Positions 19,194 through 29,351 of a stretch of DNA of 55,571 nt are shown piece by piece. A model generated the notes under the pieces. It saw only the letters and a list, made by a program, of their open reading frames with translations. It had not been told where the DNA came from and searched no databases. Source of the DNA: Escherichia phage vB_EcoM_JL1; sequence record OR791690.1; one strand, written 5' to 3'. A program made the position numbers and the translations under genes. Every line of letters begins with the position of its first letter. Position 1 is the stretch's first letter.

Positions 19194-20642
19194 TTACTGA
19201 ACGAAGTTGCCGGAGATAACTGCACCCTGCAATGCGCCAGAGCCAATTGCAATGAAGGAAGTGCCTTCCCAGATACGAGCACCTTTCTGAGATTGCATCA
19301 GAGCCAAGTCAGTAGACAAGACTTTGTAACCATCAGGGTAGAAGTTGCCTTCATTGTCGTAACCTGGGGCAATCAGACCATTGGTCACTGCCAGTTCCAG
19401 AGCCAGAGTTACTTGCTGGTTAACCAGTGCAACACCAGTGTCCGTCCAAGGAATCTTGGTAGTGGAAGTGTAGAACAGGTTGAACACGTTAGCACGAATC
19501 TTGGAGGTTAACCAAGAAACACCCTGCACGGTATCGAACCAAGTGCCGTCAGCCATCTTGCCGTTGTAGAACATGGTGTTCCCACCAACGTTGATGAATG
19601 CGTTACCATTCACACGCTCAAGTGCAGCAAGCTGGTTCGGGGACAAGTCAGCAGTCTTAATAGCTGGACCTTGCTTAAACGCCAGAACGAGCGAGGAGTT
19701 TGCAACGTTGAAGTTAACAGTCGATGCACGACCCAGGATAGAAACTTCTGGATATTCGTCACCATTGTCGGACGCATCATACACCAACAGAGTACGTTGG
19801 AGGTTCTGCTCTTTGGCACGCTTAAAGCTAGACTCAGCACCAGGAACCAGAATCTGCGGGTCGCTGTCAGCCCAACCAAACACTTTGCCGTTTGCTTCTG
19901 CCCACTTGGCAACAGTCATCTGGTTATTACCTTCAGCACTGCCACGATATTTGCGGTCAATAGCAACAAAGAAGAAGTCGAACGCAGAGTTCAAAATTGC
20001 ATTCAGGTCGGTGCCGATAGACACTTCATCAGTACCTTGAACATGTACAGGGCTTGAAGCAGAATCTAACTCAAATGCCTCAGCAGCAGAACCATACACG
20101 TTACCAATGATGGCATTAGAACCAGTATCGTTGGTAGTGATTTTGAAAGTGCCTGTGGTCTGCGAAGCAGTTGCAGGAATGTCAGCAGCAACAAATGCAG
20201 CATTAATCATTGATGCAGCAGCAGCAAAATCTTTTGCAGACGAGAAGTTGATAGGTGCGGTAGACTTATCAACGCCATTAATATTAATGGACAGAACACC
20301 ATTAGTCACTGCATTGATGGTTTCCAGTGTCGCAGCAGAAGATGCAGTTACAGTACCAGGAGTTGCCAGAGTAACATCTTCATGAGTGATAGCACCCACG
20401 AGGAAATACTTTGGAGTTGGCTTCTGAGAGAACCACGCTAATGCAGCTTGATAGATTTCACCAGATGGGAAATCAGCAGATACAGCAGCCATGCTGGTAT
20501 ACTGGCGAACAGGAACAGCTTCGCCCGGAGTTGGAGTAAACTCTTTACTCAGAAACAGAAGAGGACCAAAACCTTCCACGGCAACAGCGTTAGGACTTAC
20601 CGCGATGTTGACCTGGATGATGTCGGAAATTGGAATTGCCAT
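19194..20642 (-). CDS. Contractile tail sheath protein (putative)
   Basis: 482 aa; size and position in Mu-like tail module. Confidence 0.5.
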   Translation of the reverse strand: MAIPISDIIQVNIAVSPNAVAVEGFGPLLFLSKEFTPTPGEAVPVRQYTSMAAVSADFPSGEIYQAALAWFSQKPTPKYFLVGAITHEDVTLATPGTVTASSAATLETINAVTNGVLSININGVDKSTAPINFSSAKDFAAAASMINAAFVAADIPATASQTTGTFKITTNDTGSNAIIGNVYGSAAEAFELDSASSPVHVQGTDEVSIGTDLNAILNSAFDFFFVAIDRKYRGSAEGNNQMTVAKWAEANGKVFGWADSDPQILVPGAESSFKRAKEQNLQRTLLVYDASDNGDEYPEVSILGRASTVNFNVANSSLVLAFKQGPAIKTADLSPNQLAALERVNGNAFINVGGNTMFYNGKMADGTWFDTVQGVSWLTSKIRANVFNLFYTSTTKIPWTDTGVALVNQQVTLALELAVTNGLIAPGYDNEGNFYPDGYKVLSTDLALMQSQKGARIWEGTSFIAIGSGALQGAVISGNFVQ

Positions 20643-21155
20643 TTAGATTCCCTTAATTAGGATGGGTTCACCACCGTCGTAGAATTTGCCGCCAACACTG
20701 GCGTCAGACATTGTTCCAATGCTCATTACGTCTTCACGCAGAACATTGAATTTGATTTGGATTCCTTCTCGGAATTCCCAATTCGTCTCAAGAGTTAACG
20801 AGGCAAGATTCAGTGGATTTTTGTCGAGTGTTGCAAAGCCTTTGCTCTTAAGCATGGCCTGAACATCTGGACGGAAGAAGGAATTATCAAACTTAACATA
20901 CTCACTCCCACGACGTGAGAAGAGAATATAGAAAGTTAGAATTCGAATCCCTCTCGTAACAAATACTTCCTCACCATTACGGACTTCGATTCGAGTTTCA
21001 TCAAAGCCTGGATTAACTGACGACACACACTTTATTGCGGCATAGTTATCAGATGGTCGAGGTGCGTTTACCTGCATCTCATAGGAGAAGCGTGGGACGC
21101 CCACACAGACGTCCACAATATCCTTAATCGCCTGAATATCTTCATCGTAAATCAT
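20643..21155 (-). CDS. Head-tail joining / tail completion protein (hypothetical)
   Basis: 170 aa; tightly packed between capsid and sheath genes. Confidence 0.4.
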   Translation of the reverse strand: MIYDEDIQAIKDIVDVCVGVPRFSYEMQVNAPRPSDNYAAIKCVSSVNPGFDETRIEVRNGEEVFVTRGIRILTFYILFSRRGSEYVKFDNSFFRPDVQAMLKSKGFATLDKNPLNLASLTLETNWEFREGIQIKFNVLREDVMSIGTMSDASVGGKFYDGGEPILIKGI

Positions 21156-21514
21156 TTCTCTAACTCCTTAGCAGCAATGACTTCAAAGAACCCAGCCGCC
21201 TTGTAGTCAGAAACAGAAATAACTTTATAACGAAGGCCGTAGATAGTAAGGATAGACTTCATCGGCATTTCAGTTCGGGAGTGTACTTGCATGAATGCAG
21301 GTTGGCGCTCTCCGACTTCTGTAGCTTTAAGCGATTGACCGCTTACGCCAGAATCCCTGTCACCATAAGGTATGGGAGTACATCGGATGGGTTTCTTTGG
21401 AGCATATGAATCACCAACCCAATTATTTTTGTCATCGTAGTAACCTTCTTGATATACCTCAAGATACATACGAGTGGTTGTGTAGCGGTTGAATGCTCGA
21501 CGCTGGTTAATCAA
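21152..21514 (-). CDS. Head-tail connector protein (hypothetical)
   Basis: 120 aa; overlapping start/stop with neighbours. Confidence 0.4.
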   Translation of the reverse strand: MINQRRAFNRYTTTRMYLEVYQEGYYDDKNNWVGDSYAPKKPIRCTPIPYGDRDSGVSGQSLKATEVGERQPAFMQVHSRTEMPMKSILTIYGLRYKVISVSDYKAAGFFEVIAAKELEK

Positions 21515-21900
21515 AACTGCGACCCAGGGCTAACCCTCGGCCCAGCAAATGCCATTCGCCGCCATTGCAAGTAACGTTGACCGTACACAGTAGACATGAA
21601 ATCAGCTTCAACATAAGGAATTGTTGAAATGATTCGGTCGCTAAACTCTACCTGAACATCGTCCACATCGGTACGACTAACAGGCATAGCTGGCATTGCG
21701 GCATCACCAGGCATTAGGTCATCAATTGTTGCAGACCAATGCGCTACTAGTGATGCCATAGCTGGGTCATAAAACCCACACCAACGCGATTCGATTGTCC
21801 CCATGATAAGTTTCGCATCTTCAACTAATATGTCAAAACGCTCTGGGGTCATGTCAGCCATTGCCGGATAACGTTTAACCAAATCGGTTAGTGTTATCAT
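21511..21900 (-). CDS. Head-tail connector protein (hypothetical)
   Basis: 129 aa. Confidence 0.4.
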   Translation of the reverse strand: MITLTDLVKRYPAMADMTPERFDILVEDAKLIMGTIESRWCGFYDPAMASLVAHWSATIDDLMPGDAAMPAMPVSRTDVDDVQVEFSDRIISTIPYVEADFMSTVYGQRYLQWRRMAFAGPRVSPGSQF

Positions 21901-22341
21901 TTACGCCAACTTATCGTAGAGTGCCAGTTTAACGTCTTCCGGCATGCCCTTAATATCAATACCATTCTTAGTCAGAATAGCATCAATGTCAGACATACCA
22001 ACTTTCACACGTTCAACAATGGTAAGAGAACCAGCTTTGATTGCTTCTTTAACCAGGTTGACTTTGCGAGTTTTGCCGGTGCTGTAATACTCTTTAATGA
22101 CAAGAGCTTCTTTACCGGTCTTAACAGAAGCACCGATATTCTCGTCATCAAGCGGAACCACTTCTTCGCGCAGTTCTTCAACTTCCGTCAGAGATGCCGT
22201 AAGAGATTTGTAGATTTCATCGTCGATTTCTACAGTTGCGCCACCAGGAATGTGAACAAAGTCCAGCTCAGCTTTGCCAGACTTTCCCTTCTTATAGAAG
22301 AAGAATTGAAGGTTGCGTGATTCGTTGTTCTTAATCTGCAT
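21901..22341 (-). CDS. Hypothetical structural protein
   Basis: 146 aa; downstream of major capsid gene. Confidence 0.4.
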   Translation of the reverse strand: MQIKNNESRNLQFFFYKKGKSGKAELDFVHIPGGATVEIDDEIYKSLTASLTEVEELREEVVPLDDENIGASVKTGKEALVIKEYYSTGKTRKVNLVKEAIKAGSLTIVERVKVGMSDIDAILTKNGIDIKGMPEDVKLALYDKLA

Positions 22342-22361
22342 TACTATTTCTCTTAAGTTAT

Positions 22362-22381
22362 GGGCGAGAACAGTCCCGCCC
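22362..22381 (-). terminator. GC-rich hairpin after major capsid gene (possible attenuator; no U-tract)
   Basis: minus GGGCGGGACTGTTCTCGCCC between 22388 and 22341. Confidence 0.25.
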
Positions 22382-22387
22382 TATTTA

Positions 22388-23428
22388 TCAGATGCCGGAG
22401 TTGATGGAGATTGCTGCCGGATACATCGCTTGGAAGCCAGCGAAACGACCACGGCCAGGAACTTCATAAACCAGGCCATGAAGCTGTACCGGTTGCCAGG
22501 TCAGCGGCAGAGGTTCACGCAGACGGAAAGTGCGGTTGCCCATTGCATTGCGGCAAACAACAACGAAGCAATCGGAACCAGCGTCGCCGTGACCTTTGAT
22601 TGCGTTCAGACCCTTGATTTTATCGCGGGAGTTAATGAACTGGTTGTTGTCAATGAAGAACTGACCAATCGTCTTGTCAGACTGCTCAGAACGTGCAGTG
22701 TTGAAGATGTACTGCTCATGCTCAACAGGCATCCAGATTTCATCCGGGCGCATGATTTTCAGAGTAGAGGCATACATTGCAGACACAGCAGTGGTCAGGT
22801 CGGCAATAACTTCGGTCGGAGTCTTCTCAGCCCACTTGGTAGAACCACCAGCACCAGCAGCAACAGTTGCTTTGGTAATGTCTGGGTTTTCGAAGAAGCC
22901 AACAAAGCCGTTAGCTTTATCGCCGTACCATGCAGCAGAGTTAACATACTGTTCGTAACCACGAATAGCAGCATTTGCTTTACGGGTTTCCAGCGGTAGG
23001 CCAGTAACAGCAGCAGACGCTACTTCGTCAATATCGTAGTCGAATGCAGTACCAACTGATTTAACAGGGATGCTGTATTCTTTACCAGAAATGCTGGACT
23101 TCGGCAGGTCGGTTGCACGGGCGTTAATTACCTGGGCTTTACCAACATGGTTGTAAGAACGGTAGGTCAGAGTGTTTACGCCAGCACCACCAGTAGTGTC
23201 CACACCGAAAGCAGCACGAGCTTCCAGTTCTGGATACAGAGTGTCGTAAGTTTGAGCTTCAATGTACTCAAGCTGGCGTTGAAAGAATACTGCATCGTCG
23301 TCATTCAGGACAACAGTGCCAGAATCCTGAATACGGGTGATAGCGTCGTTCAGTTCGAATTCAGAACCGTCCGCCAGTTTAATCATCTTAGGCATGTAAA
23401 TTAATCCGTTTTGTTTGGTGAGGCGCAA
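22388..23428 (-). CDS. Major capsid protein (putative)
   Basis: 346 aa; position after protease/scaffold and decoration genes. Confidence 0.5.
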   Translation of the reverse strand: MRLTKQNGLIYMPKMIKLADGSEFELNDAITRIQDSGTVVLNDDDAVFFQRQLEYIEAQTYDTLYPELEARAAFGVDTTGGAGVNTLTYRSYNHVGKAQVINARATDLPKSSISGKEYSIPVKSVGTAFDYDIDEVASAAVTGLPLETRKANAAIRGYEQYVNSAAWYGDKANGFVGFFENPDITKATVAAGAGGSTKWAEKTPTEVIADLTTAVSAMYASTLKIMRPDEIWMPVEHEQYIFNTARSEQSDKTIGQFFIDNNQFINSRDKIKGLNAIKGHGDAGSDCFVVVCRNAMGNRTFRLREPLPLTWQPVQLHGLVYEVPGRGRFAGFQAMYPAAISINSGI

Positions 23429-23450
23429 CTATTAATTGCGCCATCACAAC

Positions 23451-24038
23451 TTAAGACTTCGGCGTAATAGCAATTTCTTTAGTTGCAGTCACGCTGGAGG
23501 TTGTTTTGTTTGTTGCCTTAATCGTGGCAGAGGTATCAGTGGTCGTCTCATTCAGAACAGTTACAGTACCATTTGCAGCCACAGAAACGCCAGTCACAGG
23601 AGGTGTAACAGTGTAGGCATAATCTGTTGCTGTAGAATTACCAAACTTGAACAGCTTGTCTACAGTTACAGTGGCATCAGCAGAAGACGCATCAGCCGTT
23701 ACAACTCCAGCTACAGCAGACACCGTAGGTGCAGGAGGTTTAGGCTTAATCGTAATCACTTTAGATGCAGTTACACCAGGCTCTGTTTTATTCGTTGCCT
23801 TGATTGTCGCAGAAGTGGCTGTAGTCGTTGCACTTAGTACAGTCACAGTGCCGTTTGCCGCCACAGAAACACCAGCTACAGCAGGAGTAACGGCGAAGTT
23901 GTAATCTGTTGCTGTAGAGTTCTCAAACGTAAACAGTTTGTCTACAGTTACAGTGGCATCAGATGCAGATGCGTCCGCAGTTACAGTACCTGCTACAGCA
24001 GACACCGCAGGAGCTGGAGGTGGCGTTACGGCTTTGGG
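23451..24038 (-). CDS. -1 frame C-terminal extension with two Ig-like (Big_2-type) repeats, reached by programmed frameshift
   Basis: -1 frame open from slippery site 24032..24038 to TAA at 23451; encodes tandem ~90-aa repeats (SAVAGTVTADASASDATVTVDKLF...). Confidence 0.55.
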   Translation of the reverse strand, partial: PKAVTPPPAPAVSAVAGTVTADASASDATVTVDKLFTFENSTATDYNFAVTPAVAGVSVAANGTVTVLSATTTATSATIKATNKTEPGVTASKVITIKPKPPAPTVSAVAGVVTADASSADATVTVDKLFKFGNSTATDYAYTVTPPVTGVSVAANGTVTVLNETTTDTSATIKATNKTTSSVTATKEIAITPKS

Positions 24039-24499
24039 ACTACGTTAATCATGACCGGAACAACATCACCAGCAGCAGCCGGATAACGCAGGGCAGTCAG
24101 GTTGGTTGCCTTAGTATAGCCAGCACCAACGCCACCGAACTGACCAGTGGCAGATACGCCAATGTCTTTATCGGTGATTGCAGTTACAAGTTTAACCATG
24201 ATTGGGCCAGACAGCATGACGCCCAGAGGCCAGCCAACTTTAATAGCAACAGTACCGTCACCAGGACGAGTAGCAGATTCGATGTTAATCTGGCGCATGG
24301 TAATGCCCAGAACAGTGCCATCAGATTCAATACCAGGTTTAACCTGATTAGAAGCCGTGCCTTGAACAACAGCCAGACCAAAGTTTGCCATTTCTTCTTC
24401 GGCAACGTAGGTCAGGCGCTGGGAGTTGGTGGTAGCCAGGCCGTATTGTTCACCTGCATATGCTTCACCAGTATTAATAGACCAATCTTGCTTTGGCAT
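24026..24499 (-). CDS. Head protein (157 aa), 0-frame product of a frameshifting gene (decoration/auxiliary capsid protein)
   Basis: between scaffold/protease and major capsid gene; ends ...VVPKP with slippery C_CCA_AAG just before TAA. Confidence 0.55.
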   Translation of the reverse strand: MPKQDWSINTGEAYAGEQYGLATTNSQRLTYVAEEEMANFGLAVVQGTASNQVKPGIESDGTVLGITMRQINIESATRPGDGTVAIKVGWPLGVMLSGPIMVKLVTAITDKDIGVSATGQFGGVGAGYTKATNLTALRYPAAAGDVVPVMINVVPKP

Positions 24500-24508
24500 T
24501 GTCTTACC

Positions 24509-25528
24509 TTATAAAGAGTTGAAGCGTTCTAAACGACGTTTGTTAGCTTCTTCGGAAATAGAAACTTTAGGTTTACGAGCTTCTGAATCTTTCTTAGCAG
24601 CGAATTGCATAGACTGATTCAGGGCATCTCCCAAAGTAATGGAATCGCAATCTTCAAGAGCTGCATCGAAACGGGCGGAGATATAGTCTTCGCTCTTATC
24701 GCTGAAATCCTTGTCATGCAATTTATTAACTACAGCCAACTTAATTTCTGCATCGGTCTTGCCGGAGAAATCGAGGTTGGAGAACTCGTCGCCAAGACGT
24801 GCCACATCAACAAGCAGCGCTGTACGAGCAACTACACGTTTGTCTACCTCAGCCTGAATGGCTTCATCGGATAGTCGTGCAGTTTCTGCATCAGCAAGTT
24901 TCTGCTCAAGGACACTAATCTTGTCAAGCGCTGCATCACGCTCTGCTTCAACAACATCAAAGGTTGCCTTATCAACAATGGCAATCTCCTCACCAGAGTC
25001 ACCAATGCGAGTAGTCTGAGCACGACCACGAACAACAATTGCAGCATGGTTAGGGATAATGCGAACTTTATCGAAGTCAGCTTCATCATCTTCTGATACA
25101 GCCAGTTCAGCATTATGGCCCAAGGAGATTTGGTCAACACCAGAATCAACTAATCGAATAGCTTGCTCGTCATTCAAAACGATTGATGCAGCCAAGAAAG
25201 AACCGTCTGCAACTGGACGCCCTTCGATGAACCCTTTCTGGAGTTCTTTGTTGTTCTTGATGTTAACATCATTTTTCGGATGGCCGATAGTAACCGGAAT
25301 TGAACGACAACCTTCGATGGTTGCTTCGTCAAATAATACTTCCGGCTTGGTACGAACACGGCAAATAGATTCTGGGTCCAGATGTTTTGCAATTTCACCA
25401 AGTTCTTTCGCCTTGTACAGCATGATGCCAGTACGAGCGATGGTGCATTCTGCAATCATTTCGCCAGAGTCACGTAAACGACGGGTCGTTAAAGTAGCCT
25501 TGTCGTTCAACAAAACTACTTCATTCAC
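24509..25528 (-). CDS. Prohead protease / scaffolding protein (putative fusion); start uncertain
   Basis: ORF open to 25750 but overlaps portal by ~200 nt; candidate starts GTG 25528 or ATG 25459; acidic coiled-coil C-terminal half. Confidence 0.45.
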   Translation of the reverse strand: MNEVVLLNDKATLTTRRLRDSGEMIAECTIARTGIMLYKAKELGEIAKHLDPESICRVRTKPEVLFDEATIEGCRSIPVTIGHPKNDVNIKNNKELQKGFIEGRPVADGSFLAASIVLNDEQAIRLVDSGVDQISLGHNAELAVSEDDEADFDKVRIIPNHAAIVVRGRAQTTRIGDSGEEIAIVDKATFDVVEAERDAALDKISVLEQKLADAETARLSDEAIQAEVDKRVVARTALLVDVARLGDEFSNLDFSGKTDAEIKLAVVNKLHDKDFSDKSEDYISARFDAALEDCDSITLGDALNQSMQFAAKKDSEARKPKVSISEEANKRRLERFNSL

Positions 25529-25541
25529 GGTATCTTCGTCG

Positions 25542-26858
25542 TTAAGCTGAACCAGGTTTTGGTTTTGCTTCACTTGCGTTACCCTTTTGGATGTTAGGAG
25601 GATTAGGATTTGGTTTGCCAAGGTCACAAGTTCCGAACACGCCCGAATGGAACATGACTTCGTTTGCAACTTCGGTAGTGATAGTACCGTTGTTAACCAG
25701 CAGGTCAACAGCAAATGCCAAATCTTTAGCTCGCTTCGCTTTCTCAACATTGGATTCAGGGAAGATGTCTAACCATTCGTAGTTATATTCTTCAATGCCA
25801 AAGTGCGCTTGGACAATCTTGTCTACCACATCTAAACGAGGGTCGAACACAGAAGTCTGCAAGCCAGTCAACAAGTCGATATAGTTTACGAGGTCAGATT
25901 CGCCCGTAGCATTCATACCGTCTGGAGATGCAGAAAGGAAACGTGTAGCCGGAATACCAACTGCGGCAGCAACTATCTTCAAATATTCCCAAATCAAATC
26001 TTTCACACCAGACAGTGCAATTGATTTGGTGTCATACTTCTCAGTATTGTCGAGAATTAAGACGTTATAAATACTCTTTGCCAGCTTCATGAGTTTGAAG
26101 CGCTTCATCACAGCAGCTTCACCTTCCGGTGATGTAAGCAGAGATTGTAAGCCTTCAACAGTTACCACATCAATGGTGGCTTCTTGGGCAAGGCTGGCAG
26201 CAGCAGCAGCAGTTGTATAGAATTGGTCAATCGTTTTCAACAGTGGAATAAGTACCGAATCAGAATACCACATGTTACGTTGGAATTCGAACAGTGGCAG
26301 TTCAGTACCCTCGAACCGAAGGAAACGAGTGTAATGGATATAGCCGGGATACCCAGCCAAAGTGTAATACTCTGGCAAACCATAGTGAGGACTCAAAGGG
26401 TCCAGAACCATAGTCCCTGCGGCAAATAAGCGTGAGCGGTCAATAACTCTCATGGATTTAATACATCCAGTCTTCAAGTTATCCAGTCGCAATGGTGTAT
26501 CAAGTTTACCCGTACCTTTTAGGTCGAGCAGAACAAATGAAGTCCCATACAATCTGGCCCATTGATATGCCTCACGGAACAGCTTACGAATACGAAGTTT
26601 CTTATCCGCTTTGCGTCCCTCTTCGGTATCAATATGTCGCCACTTACGCGTCATATCTTGAGGAATAACGGTGCACACTTTCTGTGCCACCCAATCCTCA
26701 CGGAAGCGGTTCATAAGTTCGCGATAGTTCGCGTTCTTGTTTGAGAAAGTCCACTGGTTGAAAGTAGACTTATCTGCCTGGCCGCCCAACCCCGTTACAA
26801 GGTTTTCTAACCCATCTGCAACTTTAACAGAAAGATTGTTTTTCTTCTTGGAAGTCAT
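25542..26858 (-). CDS. Portal protein (putative)
   Basis: 438 aa directly downstream of terminase region. Confidence 0.5.
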   Translation of the reverse strand: MTSKKKNNLSVKVADGLENLVTGLGGQADKSTFNQWTFSNKNANYRELMNRFREDWVAQKVCTVIPQDMTRKWRHIDTEEGRKADKKLRIRKLFREAYQWARLYGTSFVLLDLKGTGKLDTPLRLDNLKTGCIKSMRVIDRSRLFAAGTMVLDPLSPHYGLPEYYTLAGYPGYIHYTRFLRFEGTELPLFEFQRNMWYSDSVLIPLLKTIDQFYTTAAAAASLAQEATIDVVTVEGLQSLLTSPEGEAAVMKRFKLMKLAKSIYNVLILDNTEKYDTKSIALSGVKDLIWEYLKIVAAAVGIPATRFLSASPDGMNATGESDLVNYIDLLTGLQTSVFDPRLDVVDKIVQAHFGIEEYNYEWLDIFPESNVEKAKRAKDLAFAVDLLVNNGTITTEVANEVMFHSGVFGTCDLGKPNPNPPNIQKGNASEAKPKPGSA

Positions 26859-27082
26859 TATTTCTTCCTTAGAATAGTTCCATTACCCTTAACAATTTGA
26901 ATGTTGTCGGAGGTGTGGAGTCGCAGATTTGACTCGTGTTTTAACTTAACACAGTCGCTCTCTGTGGTAGAAACTGCCTCAACCACGCACAAAATGTTCC
27001 CTTCCAAATCTTGAATCTGGAAGGAATTGTTCTTGCGTGAGCGGGCATCTAATCGAGTGATAACCGCCATATTTACATCCAT
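26858..27082 (-). CDS. Hypothetical protein
   Basis: 74 aa between terminase and portal. Confidence 0.35.
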   Translation of the reverse strand: MDVNMAVITRLDARSRKNNSFQIQDLEGNILCVVEAVSTTESDCVKLKHESNLRLHTSDNIQIVKGNGTILRKK

Positions 27083-29091
27083 GCGGAGTAGTTGGCACTT
27101 GGGCCAGAGAATTCGATTGCAACCATATCTGAAACGTTATCGACACAATCGTCGTGTCCAGTACCACTACCCAAAGAAGTGAATCCAAGTATTTCACGTC
27201 TAACATGGTCAATGTGTTCATGACCAGCAGGGAAGAATATTCTCTTTTGCGAGAAATATGGGATTGCGTTAAGGAATCGAGTTACCTTGTCATTACCATT
27301 AATGCCATCACGAGGCAGTGGTAAAACTCGGACACTCCCATCTCTAATGAATTGTTGGTTCAAGAATTGTCCAGCAGACTTGTCTTCCATGTACAGTGCA
27401 CGAGGAATACAACCTACACATTTCAAGTCCAACTTGTTGCATTTGTTCCAGAAGTCGATAATAGCAGTCTTGAGTTCTGGAGTTTCAAACTTACCGAGCA
27501 TAATATCTAAACAATAAACATCACGCTCTTTAGTCACGCCCCAATGCTTGAGGACCGAATAATCAGAATAGGATTTGGCAGTTGATGCCGTATCCGCTGT
27601 AATAAAACTTCTGACTATGCGACTTCTGTCGAAAACGTCTGGCTCATACTCCTGCCACCAATCTTCTTTGATAAGGCCGTGGCCTTGTGCAGATGGGTCG
27701 CCAGCATACTGTGAATTGTATGTGTATGGGTTAGACTCTTTCATTGCCTCCAGAGATTCTAAACTCTTACGTGAAGGCCATAGTGCAGACTTCTCTTCCT
27801 TCCTGTTCAAATTGTACAGAATGGGAATGGCATGAGTGTAGTTCTGCTTCTTGATTAACTTATCATACCATTCGGCACTTCCAACGCCTTTCTCAATAAT
27901 CGCTGGGATATTGAGATAATGGTACTTGTCGGAAGAGCCACCACGGAGTATGTAACCAACTAAATCCTGGTCATGTACTCGCTGCATGATGATAACCATT
28001 GGTGTACGGGCACACTTAATTTGGTTTCCGTATGAATCAGTTATGCAACCATCGTTGGCAAGACGGGACATAAAGGTGTTATCGAATCGGTCGTTGATTT
28101 CTGCTCGAACTGTGTCAGAGTAGGCATCTTTCGGTTTGATAACGTCATCCACCACGAAACAGCCTGAGTATTTTGCAACAAGAAGACCAGCACCTTTACC
28201 AGTTAGCTTACCACCAGTAGGTACTGCGTGCATAACTCCAGCTTTGGTTGTACCCCAGCGTTCAAGAGAACGTTTGTTAGGGTCGATTCTCACCTTCGGG
28301 AATATGCGTTGGAATAGTGGGTCCATCATTACAGCACGGATGTAACCGCTCGATTCAAGAACAACGTCTTCTGCATACGAGGTGATAATGTTATGGCTCG
28401 ATTCATTGTGGCAAAATGAATACAAGGGCAATGCAATACTCATGAGCTGAGTCTTAGAGTGTCGTGGGGGAATGGTCACTATTAAGCGGTCAATCTCACC
28501 ATCAACAACCTTCTGGCCAACACTGAATATTACATCGTGAAAGTCTTGTGCTTGAAATGGAAATCCCATCTGGATATGGAACTGCCATTTACCAAAGGCT
28601 TCGAAACTTTTCATCAAGATTTTGCGAACACGTTCTGCAACCTTGGCAGGGATTACAGTCGGGTCCACGTTATGTGGGTCATGCAGAATCTTGTCTACGA
28701 GTTCATCGGTGTTATCATGCTCCGAGTTTGGTTCCTCCAAAGTGGAACCTGCAACACGGTCAGTAACACCTGCTTGAATACCTTTCTTCAACTCGTCTGC
28801 ATAGGCAGTTGAGTCTTTCTTGTCGCCAGAGCGAAGACGCTCAAGTTGTGCTCTGAAAACTGAACGCAGTACAGCATCGTTTTCAAGACCCTGGCCTTCT
28901 AACTCTGCTTGAATTTGTTCTTCATAGCTGTCAACTATTGCAGTATTTTCTGAAATATATCGACGGAGCAATGGCAAAGATAGAATACAGAATCTTTCTC
29001 TTGAGACTTTTAATACGTCACCGTAGTGTTTGGCAAGATACGAGGCTACTGTATCATTAAACTCCGGCCCGAGGTCATCAGTCTTTGACAT
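27073..29091 (-). CDS. Terminase large subunit
   Basis: Walker A-like PPRHSKTQ, Walker B CFVVDDV, C-terminal nuclease region SFITADTAST; likely ATG at 29091 (track start GTG 29118). Confidence 0.75.
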   Translation of the reverse strand: MSKTDDLGPEFNDTVASYLAKHYGDVLKVSRERFCILSLPLLRRYISENTAIVDSYEEQIQAELEGQGLENDAVLRSVFRAQLERLRSGDKKDSTAYADELKKGIQAGVTDRVAGSTLEEPNSEHDNTDELVDKILHDPHNVDPTVIPAKVAERVRKILMKSFEAFGKWQFHIQMGFPFQAQDFHDVIFSVGQKVVDGEIDRLIVTIPPRHSKTQLMSIALPLYSFCHNESSHNIITSYAEDVVLESSGYIRAVMMDPLFQRIFPKVRIDPNKRSLERWGTTKAGVMHAVPTGGKLTGKGAGLLVAKYSGCFVVDDVIKPKDAYSDTVRAEINDRFDNTFMSRLANDGCITDSYGNQIKCARTPMVIIMQRVHDQDLVGYILRGGSSDKYHYLNIPAIIEKGVGSAEWYDKLIKKQNYTHAIPILYNLNRKEEKSALWPSRKSLESLEAMKESNPYTYNSQYAGDPSAQGHGLIKEDWWQEYEPDVFDRSRIVRSFITADTASTAKSYSDYSVLKHWGVTKERDVYCLDIMLGKFETPELKTAIIDFWNKCNKLDLKCVGCIPRALYMEDKSAGQFLNQQFIRDGSVRVLPLPRDGINGNDKVTRFLNAIPYFSQKRIFFPAGHEHIDHVRREILGFTSLGSGTGHDDCVDNVSDMVAIEFSGPSANYSAWM

Positions 29092-29110
29092 TGATTCGTT
29101 CTCTTTGTTT

Positions 29111-29296
29111 TTAATCACAATCCACTAATGGTTGAGTTTGCACGGGATTGATGCGAATGATGCTGCCTAAACCAGAATCGGCCTTTAAATACAGGCGGTT
29201 TAGTGGCATATATGAATCACAGATAGGACATTGCTGCGTTATGAAATCATCTTCTGCAATTTCATAGTGGCAGTTAGGACATTGTATTGTGCGCAT
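29111..29296 (-). CDS. Zinc-ribbon protein (61 aa)
   Basis: CPNC ... CPIC pairs. Confidence 0.45.
   Translation of the reverse strand: MRTIQCPNCHYEIAEDDFITQQCPICDSYMPLNRLYLKADSGLGSIIRINPVQTQPLVDCD
29113..29132 (-). promoter_or_regulatory. Phage-promoter-like conserved motif (copy P3), ~22 nt upstream of terminase ATG
   Basis: plus aatcacaatccactaatggt; overlaps 3' end of upstream small ORF. Confidence 0.4.
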
Positions 29297-29351
29297 AAGC
29301 GACTCCGAATAAGATAGGAGGCCAGATAGCCTCCCTAATTACGCGTGTCGC

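Noticed and set aside
22313-22999. Plus-strand ORFs of 60-228 aa throughout the window (e.g. 22313..22999, 1047..1442, 19573..20040)
   Set aside because: They lie antisense to well-supported minus-strand genes, lack RBS context and have biased composition; treated as antisense artefacts
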